Source: Antedon mediterranea (lineage: Eukaryota; Animalia; Echinodermata). From it: a stretch of 64,000 bases of DNA. The position numbers were made by a program, and so were the translations under genes. Below the pieces are notes generated by a model. The model did not search any database. It saw only the letters and a program-made list of their open reading frames with translations, and was not told where the DNA came from. Within the stretch, counting starts at the first letter, position 1, and every line of letters starts with the position of its first letter. Below are positions 26,627 to 39,982 of the stretch, one piece after another. Location: NCBI RefSeq assembly GCF_964355755.1, contig NC_092680.1, forward strand, positions 13,091,045 to 13,155,044, read 5' to 3'.

Positions 26627-29600
26627 ATGATGAACATCGTTTGTCTTAAATACGTGAGTGCTCTAGCTTGCGTGTACGGATTGGGTATCCTTTCGATGTA
26701 TGCGTTTTATTTTACCTATGGAATAAACCTGAACGTCAATTATTTACCCAGATCAACCTTTAAAAATGTCAGTAATCGTATATATCGCACAAGTCAAGTA
26801 ACACATTCGTCGAACATAACTCACGGAATAGACGGGGATGTTATACATCGTAGACCTACTAGTCAATCAATGCATTATTTGTAAGTACAGTATTTAAAAC
26901 GAAATATTAAATCTTATAAGAATCTAGTCCTATAGGCCTAGACAGCAATGTGACGTCACACGACCGACATTGACCTGAACCTGTAATAAGGTGCTCAATT
27001 ATTTGAGGCAACTCCTTCAAATTGTGATAACATTCTAACACAATTATTTATTATATCAAAAACATAAAATGGAAGGGTTGCCCAAAATTTGGTCAGAAGA
27101 AAGCGGCCATTTTGGATTTCAAAATTAGGGTTATTGAAGCTGAGATAAGTGGGGAAATTGACACAGTTTCTTGTATAATTAATTTGCAATTATTTATAAT
27201 TCCAATTACCATATTATGAGACGAATAACAATGTAAACAAATGAATATTTATTATATTATTAAATTACATTGAAAAGTAAAAAAAAAATAGTCCGATACA
27301 AATATACTTTACATTCATAAAACCAATCATTTTCAGTAATATCACAGGGTAGGTTATAATTTATTCTGTTCCTGTGATGTTTGTACATAGGCCTATTCAG
27401 TTGTACTTTTTTTTAATTCATAACAACACACGACTACCAGCCAACATGAAAATACAGCAAAAGACACACGGGTGATCTTCTCAATCTCCCTCTCGCTCTC
27501 TCCCCAAGGCCTTATTTTGTTTTCGGTCATTAAAAAAAAAATGAGTGAAAATCAGTATAATTCTCTAAATCTATGATTACTTTTATGGTAGTTTTGGACG
27601 AAAATCTTGAAAAAATATAAATATTATGTGAATAAATTAAATATTAAAATATTTTCACTGTAGCCTAAAGAGATGAAAGTAAAAAAAGCTGTGTACTATT
27701 TTGCGCATTAACATTCTCAAACAACAACAATTAGTATGAAATATTATTAAAAATATTTACTATTAGTCTTATTAGAAAACGACCCCTTGTAATTGAAAAA
27801 CAAACTGCCTGACTTGTTAGGGGCTTTGGTGTATAATGCTTTCCGTCAATTGCCCCTATGCAGTTTGGGCATTGCCATCGCCTATTAAAACTGTCGGCAA
27901 TCTGCCTCCATTGTTGTTCACTCGGCGATGGCATATATATAGGTTGGAGACGCCTCCACAGACTTCGTTTACAATGGTTGACACGGTAGCCTTTCCCATA
28001 CGGAAACTGAAACCTATAGTTTTATAGGAATCTCCGGTGGCCAAGAACCTGAAAATTAAACATAACAATAATGCTATAGATTAATCTCATAACAAAAACT
28101 TTTGTCAATGTGAAGCTTTACCAAAAAAGAAAAAAGGTCGGATCATAACTTAAAGATGTATTGTCCCTTTGTCAAATTCCAAAATAATAAAAATTAAAAG
28201 ATTTCGAAAAAAAGTGAGTAATTTTGAACTATCATAATAGTTATTAACTTTCACAAAAAATTAGTCGAAAAAAAAAAAATTTAACTGAAATACAGACGTT
28301 TTTTGGTTCAAATAATAACTTTGACTTCCAGTCAGAGTTTTCGATCAAAACATATCTCATAATGCAATGCGCTTGTTTGGCTACTCTGTATGCATAATCA
28401 TAAAACTTCCTCGCGATCTGTGTGAAAACACCTTCTTAACCGTGACAAGTTGTAAACAATCCTAATTAGCATCATGCATAATGTATACTCATGGTTTGAA
28501 ATCTTTGTTTACTTTCGCTCGCGACTATTTTCCAGACGAAATGTAATAAAATTTATTTAGCTGTTAATTACGTAAAATTGTTGTATTTGGCTTGAATTTT
28601 CGACTTAAAGTGAATAACTTTAATATTACTTTGATATGGCCAATTAAAATTTAGTATATTTTGACCTTCATTTTTTTGTGTTTCAAGGGACAATACATCT
28701 TTAACTCTAGTGTGATGCAGTTTTCCTGCTTTATTTGAGTATAAGGATCCAGATCCAGACCTCTGTGTCAACAACAACAAAGACATTTTTCGTACACTAA
28801 ATTTTTCTTTTATATTGCATTTCTTACATTCTTTTTGAATTAGGCCTATGTTATGCTTTTTAATTTTATTAAACAGTTGTAAATAAATGTCAATTCAATA
28901 TTTCATTTTCATCGCTTTTTAATATTAGCGACACAAGACGAGTCGAAACTTAATTGACTCGGGTATAATTCTCAACTACGGTAATGACACTGTGACTGTG
29001 TTGCATGTCGTTGAACTTACTAAACTAGGCCTAGGCCTAGCTACCGTACACCATGTGAGTTTTTCCTAGTGTATATACTACCAGGGAGTTGTTATTTTAC
29101 AACTCCCTGATACTACCTAGGCCTAGGTCTATAAAGTTTTTTTTTTTTTAAGGAATTGAAATATACTTACCTCAAGCATACTGCCAGCCTTTGTTCGATA
29201 GAAATACTTGGTCTAAATTGGGTAGTTTCTTTTGCGATATCGTCTTTGATTAGTTCTAGGATTTCTTAAAAGCCTTGTGGGGATACTCGGAAATGAAATT
29301 TGTCTTCATAACAAATAAGTTCGGGAAAAAGCGTATGGAATTCACCATAAGTCTCTCTTGATTGATTTATGGGGTGAACCCATAAGTTTCGATCTCTTTT
29401 TTTCAGTTGACACCTTTTTTTATATAGCAGAAGTCATAACAAATAATCGTCGTCTTCTGAGTCCGTCATGATTGTGAAACAAAAGGCGAACGTCACGCGC
29501 GTACGTCGCGAGTCTAGTCATAGAACGATAAAATCGTTAAAATCGTAGCGTAAACGCGACACGGCGTTAAAACTATTATCGTGTACAATAATATATAGTT

Positions 29601-31717
29601 ATAGTTATCGTCGTAGTATAAACAGGCCTTAAATATGATTTTTGCATTTGGCCACTTTTAAATGAAATAGGTCCTCATTTGTAGTCAACCGCTCGTAAGT
29701 TCTTTTGGTGATGCACATTCGGATCAGATGTCAACGGCCTATTTTCTAACGCACATTTTACCTATATCTTTCTTTTATGGCTCACGTTAGAAGATCACCG
29801 GTGTGTCTATTGTCGTATTTTAAATTGTATGTTGGCGGTTATTATGAGACAACGGTTTCAGACTTTGGCTGCTAGTCGTGTATTGTTATGGATTAACAAA
29901 ACTGAATAGGCCTATGTACAAACATCACAGGACCAGAATAAATTATAACCTACCCTGTGATATTACTGAAAATAATTAATTAATTTGAAACGATAAAGAT
30001 TATGAGAATGAGAAAAAACAAAGTAAGAGATGGGGTTGTCTATGTCAACTCCTCTCTTCAACATAACGTATTGAATGTTTTATACCTCCAGCGTGACGTT
30101 CAAAGAGAGGGTTTACAAATTACTGAAAGACCATATTGATGTCATAAATGCGACCAAGTTAAGGTAATTTGAAACAATCATCAATATCTTGTATTGCATA
30201 CTGTTTATTTTTTGATAATATTCCTGATTGCAACCTGTAGCTATAGTAATTTGCAAATTCTATATTTTCTAGTGCAACATTGCAGAAATTTTCGCCAAAC
30301 AACACTGTTCTATTTTATGACAAACCAGTTGATTATAACAATGAAACGAAAATAGTCTTGCCAAGAAAGAACCCCAGCCGAAAGAAAACGATCGGTTTCT
30401 ACGAAACATGTGCAATTTTGGGAAACGCTGGGATACTAACAGATAGCCATTGTGGAAAAGAAATTGATGCTCATGACTTCGTATTGAGATCCAATTTGGC
30501 GCCGACTGTAGGTTATACGAATGACGTCGGAAATAAAACTAATCTGACTACAATAAATGGTGCAACGTGCGGTTACATAGCCAAGTGTTTAAAACGTGAC
30601 AAACTGGGATGTAGAGATAAAGTTTACAAACTAATGAAATCTTTTGATGGTACTTTTGTGTGGTTTTCCAAATATGGTGTGGTACCATCTTCCAACTATG
30701 TTGCCTTCACACAGGCAATTATGGACTACAAATTGAAAACTGAAGTTACGTATCCAGGATTTGGTATGCCAAAACGCGTATCAAGGTATGTTTTGTTTTT
30801 TGATAATGCTAATAAGTTAAGTTAATTATAGTATAATTGTGTGTTTCTTTGTGATTATTAGGTTGAGGTTATTTTAAAAAGCCGTGCTTCGTTATGATGA
30901 GCCATTCTGTTTTTGTAAACATTATTACAAGTAATCCATGTTTTTCAATTGAATTTATTTCCACAAAACTGTAGTCTTTCTGAACATTTTATTAGGATTT
31001 ATGTTTTTCTAAGGGGTTTTGCTACTTAATGATAGTTGTGCTTCTTTCTGAGGAGTTGAGCTTTCTTTCTGAGGAGTTGAGCTTTCTTTCTGAGGAGTTG
31101 AGCTTTCTTTCTGAGGAGTTGAGCTTTCTTTCTGAGGAGTTGAGCTTTCTTCTGAGGAGTGTTGCTTCTTTCTGAGGAGTTTTGTTTCTTTCTGAGCATT
31201 TTTGTTACTTTCTGAGAAGTTGTGCTTCTTTCTGAGGAGTTGTTTCTTTCTGATATTTTCTTACTGATCTTTGCTTTTTGTTTGCTCAATATCAATATAC
31301 AAGTTTAAATAAAAAAGCCTAACACACACAAAAAAAACTCTTCTCAGGATCTCCATCATTTTGTTTTATAAGTGATAATTTTTTCAAGACCAATAAAAGT
31401 GTTCTGTATTCTATATCTCACTAACTTAACGTTAATTTTTATCGGTATTTTTCAGATATTGGAAAGTTAATAGTCCATCAAGCGGTCTTGTCTTGTACAC
31501 AATAGCGAGTACTTTCTGTAGAAAAATTTCGATGTATGGTTTCTATCCATTCTATACAAAAGACGATGGTACTCCTGTATTTCATCATTACTACGATAAC
31601 AAAACAACATTGAATTATACACAAAATCGGCACAATATGCCTAATGAATTTAAGTTGTTTTTAGAACTCAATCGGACTGGTCATTTAAGATTAGTAACAG
31701 ATCATTGTATCCAATAA
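26627..31717 (+). CDS. Alpha-2,8-sialyltransferase (ST8Sia)-like GT29 enzyme, copy 2; 4 coding exons, 366 aa
   Basis: Exons 26627-26880, 30092-30163, 30273-30785 and 31456-31717 (GT-AG, phase 2; 1101 nt, open). Signal-anchor, sialylmotifs L (CAILGNAGILTDSHCGKEID), S, III, VS and the C-terminal Cys are all intact. Confidence 0.93.
27780..29630 (-). mobile_element. Degraded PIF/Harbinger transposon (HARBI1/ALP1-like DDE transposase pseudogene)
   Basis: Fragments WVHPINQER...RPSISIEQRLAVCLR (to 29171), intron 29170-28049, then FLATGDSYKTIGFSFRMGKATVSTIVNEVC and RWQCPNCIGAIDGKH. Frameshifted. Terminus GGCCTGTTTATACTACGACGATAAC at ~29605-29630. Confidence 0.85.
28154..28700. mobile_element. TTAA-TSD MITE, 547-bp subfamily, nested in the Harbinger intron
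   Basis: TTAA|AGATGTATTGTCCC ... GGGACAATACATCT|TTAA; same length as, and highly similar to, 50703-51249. Confidence 0.88.
31035..31262. repeat. Intronic minisatellite, 21-bp unit (ST8Sia copy 2 intron 3)
   Basis: TTCTTTCTGAGGAGTTGAGCT repeats; these produce the spurious KKAQLLR-repeat ORF on the minus strand. Confidence 0.9.
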
Positions 31718-32886
31718 TTTTACCTTCATGATTGGGTATAAATAATGTTTTATATTTATGGGAATATTGATTGCATTATTTCAATGATTAAATTTTATAT
31801 TAATCATGGGACTTATTTTAATGTACATTTTATATATTTATTTAAAAACGTTTGAAGAATGGTAGGTAAGATAACAATTAACTTAAATCAAGAGCAATAC
31901 TTGGAGAGAAATAGAGGGCGTGATTACTTTTGCAACGTCAACAATGATGGTTTTGCTGGATAAAGACAGGTACATTCATAATTGTTATTACTAGATGGTA
32001 CGCTCGCTTCGCTCGCGTACCATCTAGATCGTGCCCACAGATGGTTCTCGAATACACAGTAATTTCAGGGTAACAAATCTGGCGATTTCAAATGCACGTA
32101 CCGCAGGACTATAATACATTGTCGTTTACAGAAACGAATAAGTAGACACAATGGTAGTCAACCAAATAGTCCAGTCCCTAAGGGGAGAAAAAGGGGTGGG
32201 ATGTTACCAGACTGGATACAAATTTTTCAATATAGCAGTTTGGTAGAGTATAGTGTGGAGATGCCAAAACAAAGTTACTGGAAATCTGATTTGACCTCTG
32301 TGACCTCTGACCTCAATTTGTATATTTTTCTATTATATAACTAAAAATCGCCATATCTTGACAACGCATGGACATTTTACATTAATTTTTTGTCAAAATG
32401 CTTGGAAGATATATATTTATATTCGCTATAATGAAAAAAAATATTAAAAAATGGCCGCAAAGGCTTTATTTTTCAGTTTGACCTTTGACCTTGATTGCTT
32501 AATATCTCAATAACACGCAATCTCAGAGATTTGAGAATGGGCTCAAAATGTTAAGAAAATAAATCTAATATTTAGTCTAATAGAAACTTTTTTCAAAAAA
32601 TTACCATAAATTAAGCTTTTTTGACCCTTGACCTCTAATGTTTGAATATGTCGATATCTCGGTAACTATTTGTCCTAAAAAGTTCAGTTTGATGTCAAAT
32701 TGTTCAAAATATACACATTTATACTTGCTCTAACAAAATATTTTGTCAGTATTCCTTTGGAAATGTCAATTTGAGCTATGACACATCGTTTTGCATATAT
32801 TTAGCAATTAATAATCTATAAAAAAAAAGAGGGGAGGGGGTTGGGGTGGATGGAGAGACATTTTTTACATGTTACACAAATGTTAA

Positions 32887-33019
32887 ACTCTGTCTACACT
32901 ATAAAACTTTATGCGACAAAAAAGTGTGATGTGCCCATATATGGACACGATGACATGATATCACTACCATATTTGGACACATCACACCTTTTTTGTTAAA
33001 CTAGTTTATAGTGTAGACA
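32887..33019. mobile_element. Palindromic AGCTCTGTCTACAC-family MITE (nested)
   Basis: CTCTGTCTACACTATAAAACT ... AGTTTATAGTGTAGACA. Confidence 0.75.
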
Positions 33020-33559
33020 AATATGTAAAAAATATGTGTCTCTCCATCACCCCAACCACCTCTCCATCACCCCAACCACCTCTCCATCACCCCAACCACC
33101 TCCCCCTCTCTCGCATTTCCAATGCTACTGCATGCATCTATACACATCAAAATGGCCGGAATTGTACTGGAAAGTTTTTAGCTACATTTGAAAATAAGTC
33201 CCAGAGGATGGGTGTATTGTAATGTTATCAACATTATGGCAATTGTTTGTAATGGGAAAGTTTCAAAACTACATTTGAAATATTTGCTAATAATATCACA
33301 TGCTATTATAGATATACTTATTTTCCCCTGACAAAGTAATTTTGACAAATATTTTTGTTGAATATGCAATTTTAATGTCACACATAATAGTTATTTACTA
33401 TTTCACCAACAATTGGATTGAAAAAAAATTATATAGTGCATACCCAAAAAAACTGTAATTCAAAGCAAAAAATAGGCTGGAAGTCAATGTGGTTTTGGTT
33501 AAATTAACTGTTTATTTTGTCTTTAAAGTGATATTTACTCTATTTTTTAGATTAGCCCT

Positions 33560-34340
33560 TTGATTAAACACCTCTTCAAATGCAGTGAAGATCTTAAGTG
33601 TCGCCTTGTCTTACTAATCTTCCTTAACTACTCTTTTAACGATCGTAATCAATATTTGTTGAGGTATAATTATTCCCTCTAATAATGGTAATGCCTGTTT
33701 TATTGAGTCAAATGCTTTCTGATAATCTCTAAATCAAAGATTTGGTGATATTCATTTCCTTTTTATTTTAGTTGATTAACAAACTGTATAAGATGGTCCT
33801 ACTGTATGAAGCCATATATATTAGTTTATGTACTTCTAGTCGGTCTCTGATTTTGTTTTTTGATTATTTGTGTACATGTGATAATGTTCGTTTGGTCGGT
33901 AATGGTTGATGTCAGTTTTGTGGTTAAAAGTACATCATTGCTTAATCTCTTCATTTCTTCTGGTTTCAAAGATGTTGTTGTATAGTGTTATGAGCTGGAT
34001 GTGTTATTGCCTCATCAAGCTTCATCATCAGTGTTGGAGCTTTGTTTTCTTGCATTTGCCTTAAAGCCTCTTTCATTTTCTCTACAAGAATAGATGGTAA
34101 TTTGTTTGACTGCTCACTGGTTCGTTTTCCTTTTATATTCCACTACAGTATGTTCTTGAAAAGAAATCAGCTTTGTAATTAATTTGTCTTTGATCCTTTT
34201 CAGATTTCTAATATTTCAAACATATGTTTTTATTTTTCACTCTTTTCTTCGCTTTTTCCTCACTGTTTTCAACATTTCATTTGTTCAGCATACTTCAAGC
34301 AATGAATTGATAATTAGGTTATGTGTTTTATGAGTATCAA
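33560..34340 (-). mobile_element. Very old RTE-like LINE remnant (nested)
   Basis: The minus strand gives DYQKAFDSIKQ at ~33690-33725, among other broken RT-like fragments. Confidence 0.4.
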
Positions 34341-37317
34341 ATCGCATTGGTTAATTCTTCTTTTCTCTTTATTTAAAAAAAAAAATGTTATTCAACTTTA
34401 AGTTTATCTAATTTTATGTTGATATTAAGTGTTGCTCTTACGGTGTAGGCCTACCATGCAATGGAATTATATATTGAAATTAAATTAAACATTAAGTTTT
34501 AAGAAAATTGTAAAAGGTAAACTAAATAGGATATTGAATGTAGTCTGGTCCATTAAATCTATATTTTAGGTATATTATTATAAGTATGACACATGCACGC
34601 TTAACAGTATATTCTGATCATAACTCAAACTGGCATTTCCAGTTAAAATATGATAACATCTTCTATTAGAGCTAATATAAATGTTTACATTCTGAACAAT
34701 TTGACACCAAACTGAACTTTTTATGAAATTTGGTTACAGAGATACAGACATATTTAAACATTAAAGGTCAAAGGTCAGTAAATGACATTTCCTGTGAATT
34801 AGGAAGAACATGTTTAATTAGAGTATATGTAAATATGTATGCTCTTAACAATTTGAAACAAATTTCAAGAAATTTTGACCAGTAGTTATTGAGATATAGT
34901 AAGCCGAGGTCAAAGGTCAAAACGTTGAGAAATTACATTTCCGGTCGTTTTTAAAAAAAAAGTTCTATTAGAGCGAATATAAATATGTACCCTCTGATCT
35001 ATTTGACACCAATATCATTTCAATTGTCAAACCCGTTGCGGAGATATGGCTGTTTAAGATAGAAATATAAAAATTGAGGTCAGAGGTCACAGAGGTCAAA
35101 TCAGATTTCCAGTAACTTTGTTTTGGTATCTCCATATCATGTTCTATTAACATGCAAAAGGGCACACTTGTATCCACTATGGTAACCTCATTTCCCCTTA
35201 GGGACCGGACTAAAAATTAGCACCCTGGGAATTACTTCCGAAAGAGAAACTTACCACAAAATGAGTCCAAATTGTTTATTCATTTAAAGAAACCCAATTA
35301 GGGTTGAGGGATGGGAAAGAGGATAGGTACAAAGAGGAACAATTTTTAAATATATTCTTTATCCACGTCAGTAACGAAATATTGTTTTCATTTTTTATAG
35401 GCCTATAAATAATATACCACTAACGGTGACTAAATATAGTAAAACATTTGCGATTTAATACTTTGTTAAAACTGTCACTGTCATAGTCGATTGAAATAGT
35501 AAAGTACATGTAACGATACACCACTACGACGTTTATATTTTTTGTAATTATTAATTAATGCAAACGTTGAGAAGCAACTGTCAGTAATAAAGTTTATTTG
35601 TATATTACGTGTTTATATATCTAACACTAACAGTAGAGCCTACCCATAATCACAGTAATAAAGTTTATTTGTAAATAGTTTTTTACATCTAACAGTATTC
35701 ACAGTAAGAAATGTTTGTATATATTTTTTTACATCTAACAGTATTCACAGTAAGAAATGTTCGATTCAAATGACGACCAAAAATGGTAGGTATTTGCTGT
35801 ACTGTATTGTCAAAGTATTGCAAGTTTATTCTCCAAGGGCTCATAAATTTACCTACTTGTGTTAAACCAAACTGGCAGACTGAGAGATTGGAATGTTCCA
35901 TTCATCGCAAATCAATACATTTGTAAAAACGTAAATTAAATCTATCAAAATAGTATTTTTTAAAGAAAATCGGCCTGTCTTCAACATTATGATGCTGTAC
36001 TCGAGCAGTTCAACCGGTTTTCAGCTATTAAAAACAATTATCGTAGGAGGAGATAGGGAAATGCGAAGCGTCCTCGTATTATTGTGTGCGGGTATTTTTC
36101 AAGTTGGACATCCATTAGACAGTGTATACCACGATCGGAAAACACCCCTATTTGGGGCAAATCGTTGAACCTAAATTCGTTTTAATCGTCAATAACTAAT
36201 TATCTAACTCAATTTAATTAGTAAACAGGGTTACATCAGGTGGTTAAAATCAGTACCGAAAGTACGAACCAACTTTATATACCATCGAGTAAAAATTCTA
36301 GAAGTAAGGCGCGATTTACCGAATTTTGCCCTTACGTAAATTTATATATAGATTACCATTACAATGATATTAGGCATATATACTGTAATTTGTTAGGGGC
36401 GCTAATGTAGTTTTGTAACCACTCCTTTAAATTACTCAAAACTTCAATACTACATCCAACATACTCACAACATCCTACAAGCATGAAATGGTTTAAAAAA
36501 AACTAAATATTTGTTATGACTATTTGTAATCAATTAATAATTGAGCACCCTTCAGAAATCCATAGATATAGTGTAGAGTGTAAACTATCCCCATTGACAA
36601 AAGTGCTTATTAAAAGCCTCATAGGACATAGAGCGAACAGTTGCACTCTATGAGGGCGTGGTTACTAATGTTTAAACTAAATAATAACGAATGGTTGTGG
36701 TGGTACTGTTTTCATAGATGGATTGTAAACATTGTCAACCAATTGACAGTGTGCATTTGGACTACATTAAATACCAACATTAGAGGTCCCAAATTTGTGG
36801 GATTGTTACACAATACTATTTTCTTTTAATAAGCACTTTTGTCAATGGGCATAGGTTAATTTAACCAGTAAAATTCATATTCTTTTGTAAATAGAGAGGA
36901 AAAAATGTTGTCAGATGAATTATTATATAACGTGTATGGTGTTTTTATTCGACTTCATATTTTCCTCTTCGCGTTTATCCACCAGTATCCACCAAAGAAC
37001 TAATTACTGTCGTGTACTTTATTATGTTTTAGGGATCCATAATCATGATAATAGGTTATCTAACTACCGGTTTTTACATACACATGACTCATGCCAAATT
37101 ATCAATTGTCAGTTGAAGTCAGTGGCTATTAGTGCTCACTGGCTAAATCCAGGGGCCTCGGAGCTTATGGGGGCCATGAGCAGTACACAGGGGAAAAATA
37201 GGCATTATTATTAGCAGAAAAAGCTAAAAACGCCCGAGACCCCCAGCGTTGGAACTTGGAGGGCCACTTATGCGTGTTAAACAGACTTGAACCACTACAC
37301 TACGAAACCTCTTACAC

Positions 37318-39655
37318 CAATTCAATTCAATTCAAATAAACATTTATTTCTTTCATTCATATTTGAGTAAAAAACATTATAATTTCTGATATTTTATAAA
37401 TAAATATTTTTTTTTTAGAGATATAATACAGTAAATCATAATGTATAAAAAGATGATTCAGTTATATACAAAATGAAAGAGGCAAAAAAAACCCAAGAAA
37501 GTATCGATCAATTGGAAAAAAAAAAAAATCCAATTGAAACTTGTATGTTGGGAAGCCATGTAAGAAGATTACATACTTATATATATAAATTTAAACATAT
37601 AAATACACAAACACATATAGATCAACAGACACACGCACACACGCACCAACAGTAAAGGAAGCAATTTCGAAAAAGTTTCTAAAGTTGAAAAAAATATTAC
37701 AAAATAGAGAAAACAATTAGTTATAATTTGAAATAAGATATTCTTTAAGTTTAAAAGAGAACATTTTGCTAGAAGACGATGATGAAATTTCGGGAGGTAG
37801 ATTATTGAATAGTTTAGAACCACTATAGCGAATGTTATGTTTCATTTTAGTTAGTTTAGGTTGAGGAAGATGAAGGTCCCGTGATGCTCTTGTGTTATAC
37901 GAATGGATTTCAGAGTTAGTTAAAAAATTACAGGAAAAGTTAGAAGGCAGTTTGGAATTAATATGTTCATAAACGAAAATGCATTGTTGGAGTTTATTAA
38001 TATCGTGCACAGTTAAGAGTTTAAGGTTATAAAAAAGGATATTAGTATGAGCAAGACGTGAGTTACCCGAGATAAGACGAACAGCTTTCTTTTGAAGGAC
38101 GTGTATTTTATTAAGATTTGAAGGGTAATTATTGGCCCATACAATGTTACAGTAACTAATAAAAGGCAGAATAAAGGAACAGTAAATATTGCGTAAAATT
38201 TATGACGGTAAAAAGGAAGACAGACGATAAAGTATGCCAATGTTTTTAGAAATTTTAAATTCAATTTCTTTTATATGATTTTTAAAATTTAGCTCTTGGT
38301 CAATTAAAACACCTAGAAATTTGGTTTGCTTAACATGGGGAATTACTTGATCACCAATCAGAATTTTATGAGACTCGTCGGTCAGTTTTTGATGACGTAT
38401 TCCAAACAACATAAAGTTGCATTTACTTAGGTTTATTGAAAGTTTATTCACATTAAAATAATCGTTAATATTAATTAATTCTTGGTTAAAAGTATGAAAA
38501 ATTGATTGAAAGTTAACACTTTTAAAAAATAAAGTCGTGTCATCTGCATAAAGATAAAAGGTAAGGATATCTGAGGCGTTTGGTAAATCATTGATGTAAA
38601 TTAGAAATAAAAGAGGGCCAAGCAAGGACCCTTGGGGAACACCACAGGTAATGGGCTTAAGATCAGAGGTATGATTGTTAACAGAAGTACATTGAAATCT
38701 ATTTGATAAGTAATTGTTTAAAAGATTAAGAGCAACACCACGGATACCATAATTTGAAAGTTTAGTAATCAGAATATGATGGTCAATAGTATCAAAAGCT
38801 TTCGACAGGTCAATAAACAAGCCAGAGGGAAAAGAATTGTTTTGAATTGCATCAATAATGTTGTTGGTTAAATCAATTAGCGCAAAAGACGTAGAATAGT
38901 TTTTCCTAAATCCGAATTGTTTATTATAAAGAATATTGTGCTTGCTTATAAAATCATAGACGCGGTTATAAATAATCTTTTCAAGAATCTTTGAAAAAAA
39001 GGGAAGGATGGAGATTGGACGATAGTTATTTGGATCGGACTTGCTACCTTTCTTGAAAATTGGAATAACTTTACCAATTTTTAGGGAGTTGGGAAAAACA
39101 CCAGATGTAAGAGATAAATTAAAAATGTAAGTGAGAGGAGAGAGAATAGTGTCAATGGATTTTTTAATAACTTTAGCACAAATGTCATCGATGCCAGAGG
39201 CCTTGTTGCTTTTAAATGAATTTGTGATTTTGTGCACTTCTTGTTCGGTTACAGGTGAAAGAAAAATTGAGTTAGGAATAGGGGGATGTAAGAAGTGATG
39301 AAAAGTTTTATCAGAGTCATTGTTTATTTTTCCAGCAAGGTTGGGTCCAATATTTGTAAAGTGGTCATTGAATAGGTTTGCTACTATTAAAGGTTCTTTT
39401 ATTAATTTTCCATCAGCTAAAAGTTCAATATCGGCAGGTGCATTTTTATTTGACTTAAGAAGAGAATTGATGACACGCCAGGTGGCCTTGATATTGAACT
39501 TAAGCTTAGTAAAAGTTTCACAAAAGTAATCCAATTTAGCAGTTTTTAAAACGTTGTTTAATTTATTTCGATAACGCTTATATTTGGATATATTAGAGAG
39601 TGTTGGATGGCGTAGACTTTTAGAATAAAGTTTCTGTTTGTACAAAATCGAGGTC
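37318..39655 (-). mobile_element. 5'-truncated CR1/L2-group LINE with near-intact RT ORF (single in-frame stop)
   Basis: 485-aa ORF with NYRPISIL, QFGFR, IDLSKAFD, GVPQGSLLGPLLF, YADD and KFLG. After the TAA at 38200-38202 the same frame continues (ILRNIYCSFILP...) to 37717. (TTGAA)n 3' tail at ~37318-37335. No endonuclease domain. Confidence 0.93.
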
Positions 39656-39982
39656 AAAAATGTGGGTTACACAAAGTTTTTTAATCCATTTAAACATTTT
39701 AATAAATATGGTAATAAGCACAAAGCAAAATAAACATGTGTAAAAGTCATAATTACCGATTACACAAAATAAGTATTTAAAAAATAATATATACTGTGTA
39801 CTGTATATCATATTGCGTATACAGTACTTTTCAGCATAAAGTTTTAAAAAAAATGTTGGGGACCTTCTGCGTGTTAAGCAAACGTGATAACCACTACGCC
39901 AAGATTCCGCATATAACTACATGACGCTGTGGTGTGTGTCACACATTGTGGCTTCTTAATTAAACAAATTAATTAACAAACA

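Larger units (their letters stand above)
32167..35212. mobile_element. Foldback-type TIR element (~600-bp arms, 3-bp TSD AAA; Academ-like termini)
   Basis: AAA|TAGTCCAGTCCCTAAGGGGA ... TCCCCTTAGGGACCGGACTA|AAA. The empty site CAACCAAAATTAG is seen in the other Helitron copy (~18228-18240, reverse). Arms are rich in TGACCT(T/C)TGACC. Superfamily assignment is inference. Confidence 0.85.
31991..36352 (-). mobile_element. Non-autonomous Helitron, second copy, carrying a nested 3-kb insertion
   Basis: Reverse complement of 17132-18413. The CTAG hairpin end is at 31991 and the TC end at 36352 (...TATATATAGA|T). Interrupted at 32167-35212. Confidence 0.9.

Noticed and set aside
31026-31295. 89-aa ORF with KKAQLLR repeats
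   Set aside because: Antisense translation of the 21-bp intronic minisatellite.
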